Assembly: GCA_965238215.1 (NCBI GenBank)
Contig: OZ250180.1
Span: 1,189,524-1,253,523, forward strand
Reading direction: 5' to 3'
Source: Dehalococcoidia bacterium
Lineage (GTDB): Bacteria; Chloroflexota; Dehalococcoidia; Lucifugimonadales; GCA-2712585
DNA length: 64,000 bases
The position numbers were made by a program, and so were the translations under genes. The notes beneath the pieces are model-generated. The model saw only the letters and a list, made by a program, of their open reading frames with translations. It made no database searches and was not told the DNA's origin. Positions 47,133 through 57,660 of the stretch are shown one piece after another. Numbering within the stretch: the stretch's first letter is position 1; every line of letters starts with the position of its first letter.

Positions 47133-50023
47133 TGTCCCCACTTCCACCGGCTGAACTCGTTGACTCTACAAGCATGCCGAAAGGCGCAGTAGGTGGGACA
47201 GGGCTGCTGATGGGGATTGACGCGGAAGTCCCCTCCTTCCACTGATTGACGAACTTTCTCCGCCACAGACACCACCTTTTGTATTACGGCGTCGTCTGCT
47301 TCGTTGGAAGAATCCAGCCACCAGTCCTTGATTCGCGGATTCAACCATGCGTAGCGCGTTACGACCTGTTTGATGCCGGTATCGCCGGTGGCAAGATGTG
47401 CGTAGAGTTGAAGCTGAAGCTTATCTGCCTCTAGTACACGCTTTTTTTTGATTTCTCGGCCCGTCTTGTAGTCGACGACCACCAGCCGATCCGGACCCGC
47501 GTCCAGCCTGTCGATGGCGGCCCTAACCTTCATTGGCGGGTCGAGAGGAAGCTCACCCTCCATATACTCTTCGACTCCCAAAACCCGATCCACTCCCAAC
47601 TTCCTGTTTAGGTCCGACTCCTTGGTCAGCATCCGCTCCAGCTTTTTGAGGGTATCCTCCCATTCGAACGCCCACGTCTGCACGCTGCTGAATCCCCACT
47701 CAAAAGGAGCGTTGTTCCAAATTTTCGGACCCTCCTGCCGCAGCATCTCCAACACCCCGTTCAGGGTGTCTGGATTGAGGGCGAGCTCCTGTTTCCTAAG
47801 TGGATCCAAGACCCGCTCCAGCACTTCGTGAATCACGCTGCCGCGGATGGCCGCGTCGGCCGTTCCCAACTCCTCCCCCAGTTCCTGCAGGCCCAAGCTG
47901 TAATGGCCAAAGAACTGGAAGGCGCAGGTGCGGTAGCTCTCCATACGGCTGGCGCTCCATACCGCATCGGGGCCCGTAAGCTGCGGGACAAGCCCGGAGG
48001 CTACCAGCCCTTCATATTTGCCGGCATGCAGGAAGGAACGACGCAGCTGCTCCACCCGGACGGACTCTCTCACTGCGGGCCAGGCCTCATCAGCTTCAGG
48101 ACGCAACCGGCCTCCAGAACGCCATTCCGCGCTGCAGGCAATTGCCAGTTCCCGATGGGAGGCTGCCGTTTGGGGCGAGGCTTGCGCAGGCTGAAGTAAC
48201 CTCGGCTTCAACAGGTCGTAATAGAAGGAACCCGACGCAGGACGACCGCGACCGTCAATGCGAGTCTTCCACAGATAGAGCGTACTGTCGGCGCGGCTGC
48301 CGGCCGAGGTCCAGAGCTCGTCTTCAGAAAGGCCTGGTTCCGGCGGAAGCTCCAGACCGCTATTCGCCAATGCTTCCAACGCCTTGTCATTCAACAACGC
48401 CGTGGTGACCCTTGGCGCAGGGAACTCTCCCTCCACCAGTCCACCGACAAAGACCGAATCGAACCGCAGCCCGCTGAGGGAGCGGATGGGCGCCAGGACG
48501 ACGCCGCCCACTTCCCGCATCAACAGAGTCGGCCCTTCCATCCGAGCCTCCACCCAGTTTGCAAAGGACTCGAAGGTTGCTTCTCCCCCGCCCAACGCAT
48601 GCTGTAGGCGCACCAACTCATCCAGATGCCCTCGGATATTGTCTACGCCAACCGCCACATCGCGCCGTTTGACGCACTCAGGATCAATCAGCGGCTCGTC
48701 ACCCAATAGAGCGACATTCCACCGAAGCTCCCAATCCCCCAGGGAACCGGCGGGATCCTCCAGTAGGGTCCGCAATTCATCCAGCGCACGCCTCATCCCC
48801 TCTTGCACACGCTCGTCTTCCAAGGCTTCCACCGACCTGAGCAAAGCCGGATATCCTCGCCACGAATTCATAGCCCCAGCCTTGCGAGCAAAGGTACGCA
48901 CGTCTTCCTTAGTCAGCTTCCACCGCCCTAGGTTCATGAATCCGCTGTCCAGAACCGCTGTCGCGTCCGCCAGCCGCCAGCCATCGCGTCCCAGATGAAG
49001 CAGCCTGCGCAGCCACGCCCCCAGGGGCTGGTCCCGTAAAGGCTCACCCGCCACCGGGTCCAGCGGCAGCTCATATTCTGCGAACACCTGCCGCGCCAAG
49101 GCCAGGTGGGGCACAACTTGTCGGAAGGCGATGGCGAAGTCCGACGGACGCAGTTCCGGCTCTTTCTTTAACCTCTGTTTAATCAGTCGGGCGATGTCTC
49201 TGAGTTGGGCTTCCTGGTCACCGCTTTCGCCACCCAGAACCCGCGGCATCGGCGCGCCTTTGGAATTTCCAACCCTCAGAACCTCCGCATGCGGAAACAC
49301 ATGCCGGAGCCTCTGGAGGTCGTATCCCGACCGGTCTCCCGCCTCCGGGTCCATGCTTACCAGGAGAGGCGTATTCTTTCCCACTGCTTTGAGGAGCGCC
49401 AACTCAGCGCCGCGAAACAGCTGGAAGCCGTCCACCACTACGAGCCGGGGGAGACGGGCGCCTTCCATTACTGCCTGGGCTGCCTCAAGAGGCTCGGCCG
49501 CCGGGTGAATCCAACCGCGACGCTTCAACTCCTCAACATAGGTGGAATAGATGGCCGCCAGGGCTTCGAGGGCCTGCAGCCCTGAACTCCGCGCCGCCAC
49601 CTGGAAACCTGCTGCGTCCACACCCTCCGACACCAGGTTGAGGACGGCGGCCCTGACAAGCCGCCCCAGTCCTCTTGTGCGCATAATGGGTCTGAAATAG
49701 GAAGCGCCTCCGCTCTGCACCTCTCGACGGATTACCCGGATAAGCAGCTCATCCCCAACGGACTGCGCCGCCACCCTGGGCTGACCTGCCCGACTCGCGG
49801 CAAGCCTCCGGCTGAACTGTGACAGACTCTCTACACCAAGGCCCATCGCCACGCCGCACTTGGCGACGAGCCGCCTGCGCAGCTGGTCGCCGTGCCGCAC
49901 GGTGGGGGCGAGAAGCAGCACGTCCCAGAACCTGCCGTCCTTATATCCGCGAGCCAGACGGGAAACAACTTCTTCGGTTTTCCCGCTGCCCGGCCCTCCA
50001 ACGACAAAGGTGACTTGAGCCAT
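47129..50023 (-). CDS. addB: AddB-type helicase-nuclease subunit with C-terminal Fe-S/PD-(D/E)XK nuclease domain
   Basis: GGPGSGKT P-loop, VVVDYKTG nuclease motif, and Cys cluster C..(YRTCAFQFF)...CPTYCAFRHAC. The start at 50023 follows GGAGG. The extension to 50125 runs into a REP unit. Confidence 0.85.
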   Translation of the reverse strand: MAQVTFVVGGPGSGKTEEVVSRLARGYKDGRFWDVLLLAPTVRHGDQLRRRLVAKCGVAMGLGVESLSQFSRRLAASRAGQPRVAAQSVGDELLIRVIRREVQSGGASYFRPIMRTRGLGRLVRAAVLNLVSEGVDAAGFQVAARSSGLQALEALAAIYSTYVEELKRRGWIHPAAEPLEAAQAVMEGARLPRLVVVDGFQLFRGAELALLKAVGKNTPLLVSMDPEAGDRSGYDLQRLRHVFPHAEVLRVGNSKGAPMPRVLGGESGDQEAQLRDIARLIKQRLKKEPELRPSDFAIAFRQVVPHLALARQVFAEYELPLDPVAGEPLRDQPLGAWLRRLLHLGRDGWRLADATAVLDSGFMNLGRWKLTKEDVRTFARKAGAMNSWRGYPALLRSVEALEDERVQEGMRRALDELRTLLEDPAGSLGDWELRWNVALLGDEPLIDPECVKRRDVAVGVDNIRGHLDELVRLQHALGGGEATFESFANWVEARMEGPTLLMREVGGVVLAPIRSLSGLRFDSVFVGGLVEGEFPAPRVTTALLNDKALEALANSGLELPPEPGLSEDELWTSAGSRADSTLYLWKTRIDGRGRPASGSFYYDLLKPRLLQPAQASPQTAASHRELAIACSAEWRSGGRLRPEADEAWPAVRESVRVEQLRRSFLHAGKYEGLVASGLVPQLTGPDAVWSASRMESYRTCAFQFFGHYSLGLQELGEELGTADAAIRGSVIHEVLERVLDPLRKQELALNPDTLNGVLEMLRQEGPKIWNNAPFEWGFSSVQTWAFEWEDTLKKLERMLTKESDLNRKLGVDRVLGVEEYMEGELPLDPPMKVRAAIDRLDAGPDRLVVVDYKTGREIKKKRVLEADKLQLQLYAHLATGDTGIKQVVTRYAWLNPRIKDWWLDSSNEADDAVIQKVVSVAEKVRQSVEGGDFRVNPHQQPCPTYCAFRHACRVNEFSRWKWGQ

Positions 50024-50115
50024 AGTCCTCCAGATCTCAACCAGGAATGAGTCCCAACTACAACGCCAACCCAAGACTACCCAACTCTTGGCCTCTTGCC
50101 AACAGGAGGGGAGAC

Positions 50116-50142
50116 GGGCGCCCACGAGGGACGCCCCTACAG
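50116..50142 (+). repeat. Single REP-B variant GGGCGCCCACGAGGGACGCCCCTACAG
   Basis: Hairpin plus CCCCTAC tail. Confidence 0.8.
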
Positions 50143-50248
50143 AAGAATGAACAGGAGGTGCAGGGGCGAGTTAAAGAGTCCTTTTTGGACATAGCCATGT
50201 GACACTGCTACACTGGGCGAGATTTCCTACTAGTGCAGGAGGCGAGCG

Positions 50249-51466
50249 ATGAACGCATCTTCCACTCAGAAAATTCTCTGTGTCCTCTATCCTGACCCCG
50301 TCGGAGGGTACCCTCCCAAGTACGCGCGGGACAGTATACCCACCCTAAGCCAATACCCCGACGGTCAGTCCCTTCCTACTCCCAAGGGTCTAGGCTTCGA
50401 CCCCGGCGAGCTTGTGGGATCCGTCTCGGGCGGCCTAGGGCTTCGAGAGTTCCTGGAAGGTCTGGGCCACCGCTTTGTCGTCACATCCGACAAAGACGGA
50501 CCCGACTCGGTTTTCGAAAAGGAGTTGCACGACGCAGACATTGTAATTTCACAGCCATTCTGGCCCGGCTATCTCACCGCCGAGCGCATCGCCAAAGCCC
50601 CCAAACTCAAGATGGCCATCACAGCCGGAATCGGATCCGACCACGTGGACCTGCAAGCGGCTATCCAGCGCAACGTCACCGTCTGTGAAGTCACTTTCTC
50701 AAACAGCATCAGCGTTGTGGAACACGCCATCATGCAGATCCTGGCCCTGGTCCGCGACTTCGTTCCCCAATATGGATGGGTAGTCCGGGGCGGCTGGAAC
50801 ATCGCCGACGCCGTCTCCCGTTCCTACGATCTTGAAGGCATGGACGTGGGGGTGGTGGGCGCTGGACGCATCGGCTTCGGCGTACTCAAGCGACTGAAGC
50901 CCTTCGACGTCAATCTCCACTACACGGACCGGCACCGTCTCCCGGCAGAGGCTGAAGAAGAATTAGGGATCACCTTCCATGAAAATGTCGACTCATTGGT
51001 GTCGGCCTGCGACGTAGTGAGCATCCACTGTCCGCTTCATCCCGAGACGGAGCACATGTTCAACGAAGAACTCATCGGAAAGATGAAGCGTGGTTCCTAC
51101 ATAGTTAACACGGCCCGGGGGAAGATCTGCGACCGGGAGGCGATAGCCCGCGCGCTGGAGAGCGGCCATTTGGCGGGATACGCCGGTGACGTTTGGTTCC
51201 CGCAGCCCGCGCCCCTAGACCACCCGTGGCGCAGCATGCCGAACCACGCGATGACGCCTCACACTTCCGGCTCCTCCCTGGCCGGACAGCACCGATACGC
51301 CGCCGGCGTGCGAGAAATTTTGGAGTGCTGGTTCGAGGGGCGGCCCATCCGCAACGAGTACCTGATTACGCAAGGGGGCGCACTGGCCGGGGCCGGGGCC
51401 CACTCCTACAGCGAGGGGGACGCCACCGGCGGCTCTGAAGAGGCCGCCCGCTTTCCGACGGCCTGA
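50249..51466 (+). CDS. fdh: NAD-dependent formate dehydrogenase
   Basis: Near-colinear with the classical bacterial NAD-FDH sequence as I remember it (KILCVLYPDPVGGYPPKYARD..., VTSDKDGPDSVFEKEL, ISQPFWPGYLT, GAGRIGFGV, PLHPETEHMFN, GYAGDVWFPQPAP, GGALAGAGAHSYS). RBS AGGAGG. Confidence 0.93.
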   Translation: MNASSTQKILCVLYPDPVGGYPPKYARDSIPTLSQYPDGQSLPTPKGLGFDPGELVGSVSGGLGLREFLEGLGHRFVVTSDKDGPDSVFEKELHDADIVISQPFWPGYLTAERIAKAPKLKMAITAGIGSDHVDLQAAIQRNVTVCEVTFSNSISVVEHAIMQILALVRDFVPQYGWVVRGGWNIADAVSRSYDLEGMDVGVVGAGRIGFGVLKRLKPFDVNLHYTDRHRLPAEAEEELGITFHENVDSLVSACDVVSIHCPLHPETEHMFNEELIGKMKRGSYIVNTARGKICDREAIARALESGHLAGYAGDVWFPQPAPLDHPWRSMPNHAMTPHTSGSSLAGQHRYAAGVREILECWFEGRPIRNEYLITQGGALAGAGAHSYSEGDATGGSEEAARFPTA

Positions 51467-51628
51467 CCCGTTCCTGTAGTCCTGTCTCAGGCTTTGTCGT
51501 TCCGCCCGTGAAGGGGTCGGTGCTTATGCCTTCTTGCCTTACCACGGAGCACGCTTATGGCGGATGTCCCCCGTGAGGATTGGTATTGGGTAGCGTCGGA
51601 CACGGGATGGGAGGAATGGCGAAGGGGA

Positions 51629-51858
51629 GAATCGGTTCCCGCGTAGGGAGACCTTTGTATAACTACCGAAACGCATTCAGATGGTGGTGTGGGACGACTC
51701 TTGCCATAGCTAAATCATTTGATTCTGGATTCCGGCTTTCGCCGGAATGACGATTGTGCAAAGGTCTCCCTACGCGGGAACAACGGACGGGGAGCGCGGG
51801 ATCGATGATAGGGGGATATCGTGGGAGGGGGAGGGCTGGTTTGAAACCAGCCCTTACG
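51629..51858 (+). repeat. MITE-like copy D4 (51629-51786) followed by REP-B variant GGGCTGGTTTGAAACCAGCCCTTACG (51833-51858)
   Basis: GGAGACCTTTGTATAAC...GATTGTGCAAAGGTCTCC inside a GGTTCCCGC/GCGGGAACAACGG hairpin. The internal part is ~85% identical to D2. Confidence 0.85.
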
Positions 51859-52029
51859 TGGGAGAACGTGACGGACAGCGAGAGCTACAGAAGTGGAAAG
51901 GGCTTTCACAAGGAATGATGCTTTGTCAATACTTTTTATGTCAGTTTCTTGCTACAAATGGGGAAAGGCTTGCCAACTTCATCCATATAGTCCATCCTTC
52001 CCATCATATTGCATAAAGGAGGTTCAAAC

Positions 52030-52710
52030 ATGGGCACGTTATCCCTAAACAAGTTGGCTGGTCTGGCCCTAGTCTTCGGCCCCCTGATTGCCTTCGTCTT
52101 CTTCCTTATCGAGCCGGGCGGTCTCCTCATCGACAGCGCCGACCCCTCAGACTCAATCGGCGCCATCACCGCCAAGGGAGCGAACTCCGCGCTGACCAGT
52201 ATAACCAATATATTGTCCATCGCCGGTCTGGCGCTAACCATCTTCGGTCTCTACGCGATACTAAGCAACGTGAGTTCACGGGGGAACGGCAAGGCGCTTA
52301 CCCAGATGGGGTTCTTTATGATGCTCGTCGGGATCATCAGCTGGATTCTTGCCGGCGGCGTAGACCTGATGCTGGCCGACGCTCAGTCGACTGAACAGAT
52401 CACCGGCAGGGTACCGGTGTACCTTGTGGGGTCCGCTCTGCTGTACGTAGGGGGACTTACCCTTGGGCTTGGCTCGATTTTCTTCGCCTTGGGATTATCC
52501 ACCAGGGCAGACTTCAACCAGATCATCGCTCATTTGGCCGCCCTCGTGAGCCTGGTCATACTCGTTTGCTTCCTGATAGGCATTCTCAGCAACAGCAACC
52601 TAGACACCTTTATCACGATTGCCCGCGGACTCTACGTGCTTTGGGTGCTCTGGTTCATCTACCTTGGCTTCGGACTACTCAACAAGCCGGACCCACTAGC
52701 TTCGGACTAA
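52030..52710 (+). CDS. Hypothetical multi-pass membrane protein
   Basis: Six or so hydrophobic helices. ATG at 52030 lies 7 nt after AAGGAGG. No family recognised. Confidence 0.6.
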   Translation: MGTLSLNKLAGLALVFGPLIAFVFFLIEPGGLLIDSADPSDSIGAITAKGANSALTSITNILSIAGLALTIFGLYAILSNVSSRGNGKALTQMGFFMMLVGIISWILAGGVDLMLADAQSTEQITGRVPVYLVGSALLYVGGLTLGLGSIFFALGLSTRADFNQIIAHLAALVSLVILVCFLIGILSNSNLDTFITIARGLYVLWVLWFIYLGFGLLNKPDPLASD

Positions 52711-52903
52711 ACGGGCGCCGAAACTTTGGTGGCTACCCCGATTCTGGGGCAGCCACCAATGGGTCTCCACGGCTCTCACCCAGCTTCGTGATATAGCGAA
52801 ATTTGCCGTAGACCAGCCCTCCAAATATAATCGCATGGCCGGTTAAGTCCCGATTGCGACCAATTTCAATGAAGGGCCCGCACACCTAAGACGAATCCCG
52901 CCC

Positions 52904-55120
52904 ATGCTGCCCTCGAAACTACTGGAGCCTTTAGGCGAACTACTGGACGACGCCGGGAGGATGTCGAAGCTGTGGCCAGCCCTCAGCATCGGCGCCGTTC
53001 TCGGCGTACTGGTCATCATCTTCCAGATCTCCTTCTCCGCCATCGTTTTTTCCGGTCCACTCGCGCCTCTTGCCATCCACGGCGTCGGCCTCCTTCTATT
53101 TGGGGCGCTGGTCACGGTGGTAATTACCGCCCTTACCAGCAAATACAAAGGAATCATCTCCTTCCCCATGGAAGTGACCATCTCCGTGCTGGCGATAATC
53201 GGCGCGGCGGTCGCGGTCAGCATAGAAGGGCCCGTTGACCAACGTCACCTGGTAACAATGGCGGTCATCATGGGGGCGACCAGCCTCCTCACTGCCGCCG
53301 CCTACCTGCTGATAGGCAGATTCCACCTCACCAACTATCTCCGCTTCATCCCCTTCCCGGTGGCCGCCGGAATCCTTGCAGCCACCGGCTGGGTGCTCTT
53401 ACGGGGCAGTCTTGCCGTAATGACGGGAAACGTTTTCGGTTGGGACACCATTGTCCAAAACGTAGAACCCTCCACACTGGTCAAATGGGGGCCGGGGGTT
53501 GCTTACGGCGTACTGATATTCTTCGCCAGCCGAAAATGGGGGCACTTTCTCGTGCTGCCCCTTGCCCTGGCCCTTGGCATTGCCCTCTACCACCTAGCCC
53601 TTCTCGGCTTCGGCATATCCATATCCGAAGCCCGCGAGGAGGGCTTTCTCTTCTCCCTGGGAGGCGCACAGAGCGGCGCTCTATGGCCTCCCTTCGAGCT
53701 GGGCGACTTGGCCCTCATTGATTGGAGCGTGGTCCTCTCCCAGGTACCCATCATGCTTGCTGCCGCCTTCGTCACACTGATCGCGGCCCTGGTCTACACC
53801 AACGCCCTGGAGTTATCCAGTGGAGTGGAACTGGACATGAACCGGGAGTTTCGCTCAATGGGGCTGGCCTCCGTGGCTGCGGGACTGGGAGGGAGCGCGC
53901 CTGGGCACCACGTGCCCCCCCTTTCGACCATGAGTCTGGTGGGCGGCGCCTACACTCGTCTGACTCCCATCGTTGCCGCCCTCGTGGTTGCCTTCGCCAT
54001 CTTCCTGAGCGGAGCGGCCTTGGAAATCATCCCGTTGCCGATGATCGGGAGTCTTGTTTTCTTCATCGGTATACGACAAATATATACTTGGCTGTTCGTT
54101 GTGCGGCGGATGCTTCCTTACACCGACTACGGCATCATCCTCATAATTGTAGGCGTCATCGCCGTGGCAGGATTTCTCCAGGGGATAGCTGCCGGACTGG
54201 TTGCCACCGTAATCATCTTCGCCTTCCGCTTCAGCCGGGTTGAGGTGGTAGACACTCCCGTATCGGGGAAGGATGTCCGGAGCAACAAGCGGCGTCCCAT
54301 TTTCCACCGGGCCATTCTGGCCGAGCAGAGCTCTCTTATCCAGGGCTACCACCTGAAGGGGTACATTTTCTTCGGGAGCGCATATCCTATGGTGGACCGG
54401 CTCAACCTAGCCCTTCAATCTGACCCCGCTCCTCAGTGCGTTATTGTAGACTTCTCCAACGTTACCGGATTCGACGTTTCTGCGGGAAGTGCCCTGCACC
54501 GGTTCATTCGCAACGCCAGAAACAAGGGAACGCGGGTGGTGGCCACGTCCATGTCCCGCTCCTTCCGCGCCATGCTTCTACGGGGACTCCCCATGGTGGA
54601 CCGCCACAACATCCACTTCGAGGATGACTTCGATTACGGTTTGGAGTGGTGCGAAGAGATTGTGATAGAGTCCTGGGACCGGCGGGCACAAGAGCAGAAG
54701 GAGGCCCGAGACGCCATAGCAGACCTCTCCAAGGAAGAGACCAAGCGGCTGTCGGACCTGCAGGCCAAGTTTGACGAGCTTACCGTGCGACTGGCCCACC
54801 ATGCCGAAGTCGTTGACTTCAAAGAGGGGCAGATGATGGTGGAGATAGGCTCATACCCGAGGGGGCTTCAGCTGCTGGTTTCCGGCCTAGCCACAGCCCA
54901 CGACGGACAGGACCATCACCGGCTCAGGGAATACGGTCCCGGCTCCGTGCTCACCGTGCGGGCCGCATATGGCGAGTATGAGTCCAAGGAGGAGATTCAG
55001 GCCGAAGAAGCGTGTCGCGTTCTGCTGTTGACGAGCGAAGTTCGGGAGGCCCTGGAATCGGAGGACCGCGACCTGGCCATGAACCTCTACAGCTATCTAC
55101 TTAGCCAGGGAAGCGACTGA
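52904..55120 (+). CDS. SulP-family anion transporter with STAS domain and C-terminal cyclic-nucleotide-binding-like domain
   Basis: ~480-aa multi-TM SulP-like core. STAS-like segment (CVIVDFSNVTGFDVSAGSAL..). C-terminal beta-roll-like segment (VVDFKEGQMMVEIGSYPRGLQLLVSG). Confidence 0.8.
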   Translation: MLPSKLLEPLGELLDDAGRMSKLWPALSIGAVLGVLVIIFQISFSAIVFSGPLAPLAIHGVGLLLFGALVTVVITALTSKYKGIISFPMEVTISVLAIIGAAVAVSIEGPVDQRHLVTMAVIMGATSLLTAAAYLLIGRFHLTNYLRFIPFPVAAGILAATGWVLLRGSLAVMTGNVFGWDTIVQNVEPSTLVKWGPGVAYGVLIFFASRKWGHFLVLPLALALGIALYHLALLGFGISISEAREEGFLFSLGGAQSGALWPPFELGDLALIDWSVVLSQVPIMLAAAFVTLIAALVYTNALELSSGVELDMNREFRSMGLASVAAGLGGSAPGHHVPPLSTMSLVGGAYTRLTPIVAALVVAFAIFLSGAALEIIPLPMIGSLVFFIGIRQIYTWLFVVRRMLPYTDYGIILIIVGVIAVAGFLQGIAAGLVATVIIFAFRFSRVEVVDTPVSGKDVRSNKRRPIFHRAILAEQSSLIQGYHLKGYIFFGSAYPMVDRLNLALQSDPAPQCVIVDFSNVTGFDVSAGSALHRFIRNARNKGTRVVATSMSRSFRAMLLRGLPMVDRHNIHFEDDFDYGLEWCEEIVIESWDRRAQEQKEARDAIADLSKEETKRLSDLQAKFDELTVRLAHHAEVVDFKEGQMMVEIGSYPRGLQLLVSGLATAHDGQDHHRLREYGPGSVLTVRAAYGEYESKEEIQAEEACRVLLLTSEVREALESEDRDLAMNLYSYLLSQGSD

Positions 55121-55138
55121 GCTAATTATGAGGAAGGG

Positions 55139-55747
55139 GAATGGGTCCCCGCATTCGCGAGGACACGGGGGGTTAGGGAGCCGACGGGGTAGAATCAGTA
55201 GGCTATCGAAGTCTGCTCAGATACATTTGCTTGCGTTAAAGGACGCAATTTGCAGTTGTTGGCAGTGCGGATTCGTTGTGGGGAAAGGACCGATTCGTTC
55301 TGGGGAGATCAGGCGTGGGAATGATTCGATATGATTATCGATTCGGTATCAATTCGTGCCTGAGATTGACCGGTCTAGGCGTGGATATTCGTTTCGAAAA
55401 AAGTCTGCCAAGCGGATCGGCTTCCGGGGTGGAGAAGTTGGCGGATTTGTTAAGGTGCATAGGTTTTCGGAGGATGATAGTAGCAGGGACGGGGAATTTG
55501 CGGCAATGGGGAGATGGCAGTGTCGGTCGGGCAAGAGAAGATGGGTCCCCGCATTCGCGAGGACAAGAGGGGTGGGGGAGGATTGGTCGTGGGGGACGAT
55601 ATATTCTTCACTCCGCTGCGCTATGTTCAGAATGACATGGAAGGAGTGCTGCGCTCGGAATGAGATTTGGGTGGAGGGGGAGGATCACCCCCATCCTAAC
55701 CTTCCCCCCTCAAGAGGGGATGGATCCCCGCATTCGCGAGGACATGG
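55139..55747. repeat. Repeat cluster with iteron element copy E3 (55268-55420), type A units (55139-55168, 55540-55567, 55719-55747), a type C unit (~55601-55640) and the CACCCCCATCCTAACCTTCCCCCC hairpin unit
   Basis: ATTCG(T/A/G)T recurs at 55271, 55293, 55324, 55341, 55352 and 55387. Confidence 0.85.
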
Positions 55748-55786
55748 GAGGGAGATAGGGAGTGCCGAGTTGGGGCAGCGGCGGAT

Positions 55787-56560
55787 TTACCTTCGGGGCT
55801 CCCATCTGAAATAGCGCACCGCGACGGCCATCCCCGCCACCAGCCATAAGGCCATAACTCCCAGATGCAAGGGCTCAAATCCAAGTCCAGATTCAAAGGG
55901 GCTGAAGGCAGTGTGCATGGTTGTTGAAAAGTGGCGGATGGGGAAGATATCGGCAAAGGTGGTCAGCCACGCAGGGGCGTCCCTTAGTGGAATGAAAACG
56001 TCTGAAATGAACATCAGGGGCAGGATAGAAGCCTGGACCACCGCCGGCGCTGCGTCCGCGTTGGGTATTATGGAAGTCACAGCCAGACCTAGGGCGCAGA
56101 AAGTCGCAGCCGCCAAGACGAGGGATACAAGGAAGGCGGGGCTGGTGTTGGTTGGCGGGTCCACGTTGTAGAACACCACCCCCGCTGCCGTCACAATGGC
56201 CACCAGCAGAAGGGCAACCAGCACCGAATGAATTACCTTGCCCATGAGCAGGGCCGACGCCGGCAGCGGCGTACCCCGAACGCGCTTCAGAGACCCCTCG
56301 TCGCGGGCGAAGGTAATGCCCATAGCTATGTTGGTGTAGCAGGCCGTGACTACCGAAAGGACGAGGATGGCCGGCACGTAGAAGGTGGAAATGCTGATCA
56401 CCCCATGGGGACTTTCCAAGTCGCGCGTACCGAAGAGAAGGTTGAAAATCACCAAGAACATTAGCGGGAACACGAAGGTGAAGAAGGCTGCCACCGGGTT
56501 ACGCCAAAAGACCCTGTTTTCGTACTTGACCTGTCGGAGGGTCAGCAGAATCGTCTTCAT
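55787..56560 (-). CDS. ABC-2 type transporter permease
   Basis: 257 aa, six hydrophobic helices. 4-nt overlap with the upstream ATPase gene. Confidence 0.8.
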   Translation of the reverse strand: MKTILLTLRQVKYENRVFWRNPVAAFFTFVFPLMFLVIFNLLFGTRDLESPHGVISISTFYVPAILVLSVVTACYTNIAMGITFARDEGSLKRVRGTPLPASALLMGKVIHSVLVALLLVAIVTAAGVVFYNVDPPTNTSPAFLVSLVLAAATFCALGLAVTSIIPNADAAPAVVQASILPLMFISDVFIPLRDAPAWLTTFADIFPIRHFSTTMHTAFSPFESGLGFEPLHLGVMALWLVAGMAVAVRYFRWEPRR

Positions 56561-57477
56561 GCTTCGTCCGCCCCATCTGACGCCGCCAGCTGAACGAACA
56601 GGTCATCCAAAGAGGGGCGGGTGACGGAAAGCTCTTCCAGATCAACGCCCTCCGACGTGGCCCAGGACGTCAACCCGTGCAGAGCCTGGGTAGGAACGTT
56701 CGTCACAAGGACAAAGTGCCCGTCCGGCTGCAAGGTTCCCCCTTCGAGACCCTCGGGCATTGGGGGTGCGTCCTGGGACAGCTTATAGCGTATCGTGGTG
56801 CCGCCGGCGTGGCTCAACAGCTCGTCAGGCGTTCCTTCCACCACGATCTTGCCCTGGACCATGATGGCCACCCGGTCGGCCAGGTTCTGGGCTTCGTCCA
56901 TGTAATGGGTGGTCAGCACAACGGTCTTGCCAAGGTGCTGCAGGTTACGAATCATCTCCCACGCGTCCCGGCGGGCCGAGGGATCAAAGCCGGTTGTAGG
57001 CTCGTCCAGGAAGAGCAGGTCAGGGTCTCCGGAGAGGCCAATGGCTACGTCGAGCCGACGCTGCTGCCCCCCGGAGAGTTTCTTGACGCGGGTCTTGCGC
57101 TGGGGGCCCAGACCCGTGGCGTGCAGTACGTCCTCCAAGGCCATGGGGTGGGGATAGTAGCCGCGAAAGAGGTCTATGGTCTCCTCCACGTTCAGATAGG
57201 GCTGAACGCTCGTGGATTGAAGGACGATGCCGATCTTTTCCCGGAATTCCCGCTGCTTACGCGCCGGGTCATATCCCAGGACTTGTACGTCCCCCGCGCT
57301 CTTATCGAGATAGCCCTCGAGAATCTCGATGGTGGTTGTCTTGCCGGCGCCGTTAGGCCCTAACAAAGCGAAGACTTCACCGGTAGGTATTTCTAGGTCG
57401 ATACCGCGAACGGCCTCCACGTTCCCGTAGGATTTTCGGAGGCCTCGAACCTGTATGGCGATGGATGAATTGTTCAT
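56557..57477 (-). CDS. ABC transporter ATP-binding protein (ABC-2/DrrA-like)
   Basis: GPNGAGKTTT, LSGGQQRRLDVA, LLFLDEPTTGFD. I chose the start MNNSSIAIQVRGL at 57477. The 268-codon upstream extension of the track ORF overlaps the opposite-strand PTE gene. Confidence 0.88.
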   Translation of the reverse strand: MNNSSIAIQVRGLRKSYGNVEAVRGIDLEIPTGEVFALLGPNGAGKTTTIEILEGYLDKSAGDVQVLGYDPARKQREFREKIGIVLQSTSVQPYLNVEETIDLFRGYYPHPMALEDVLHATGLGPQRKTRVKKLSGGQQRRLDVAIGLSGDPDLLFLDEPTTGFDPSARRDAWEMIRNLQHLGKTVVLTTHYMDEAQNLADRVAIMVQGKIVVEGTPDELLSHAGGTTIRYKLSQDAPPMPEGLEGGTLQPDGHFVLVTNVPTQALHGLTSWATSEGVDLEELSVTRPSLDDLFVQLAASDGADEA

Positions 57478-57660
57478 TCTAGCGTCTCTGCAAACGCTGG
57501 ATATGTTAAGGGAAGCCACAGCTACGTGTCCACCCGGGGAGTGAACATCGCTATTAGCCGGCAAAACCTCTTGACGCCCATCCCCACACCACCACTCCCC
57601 ATTGACCACACGCCGTAGTGGGGCTACCATGGCCGCATCCCATAGCAAGGACGGCCCAAC

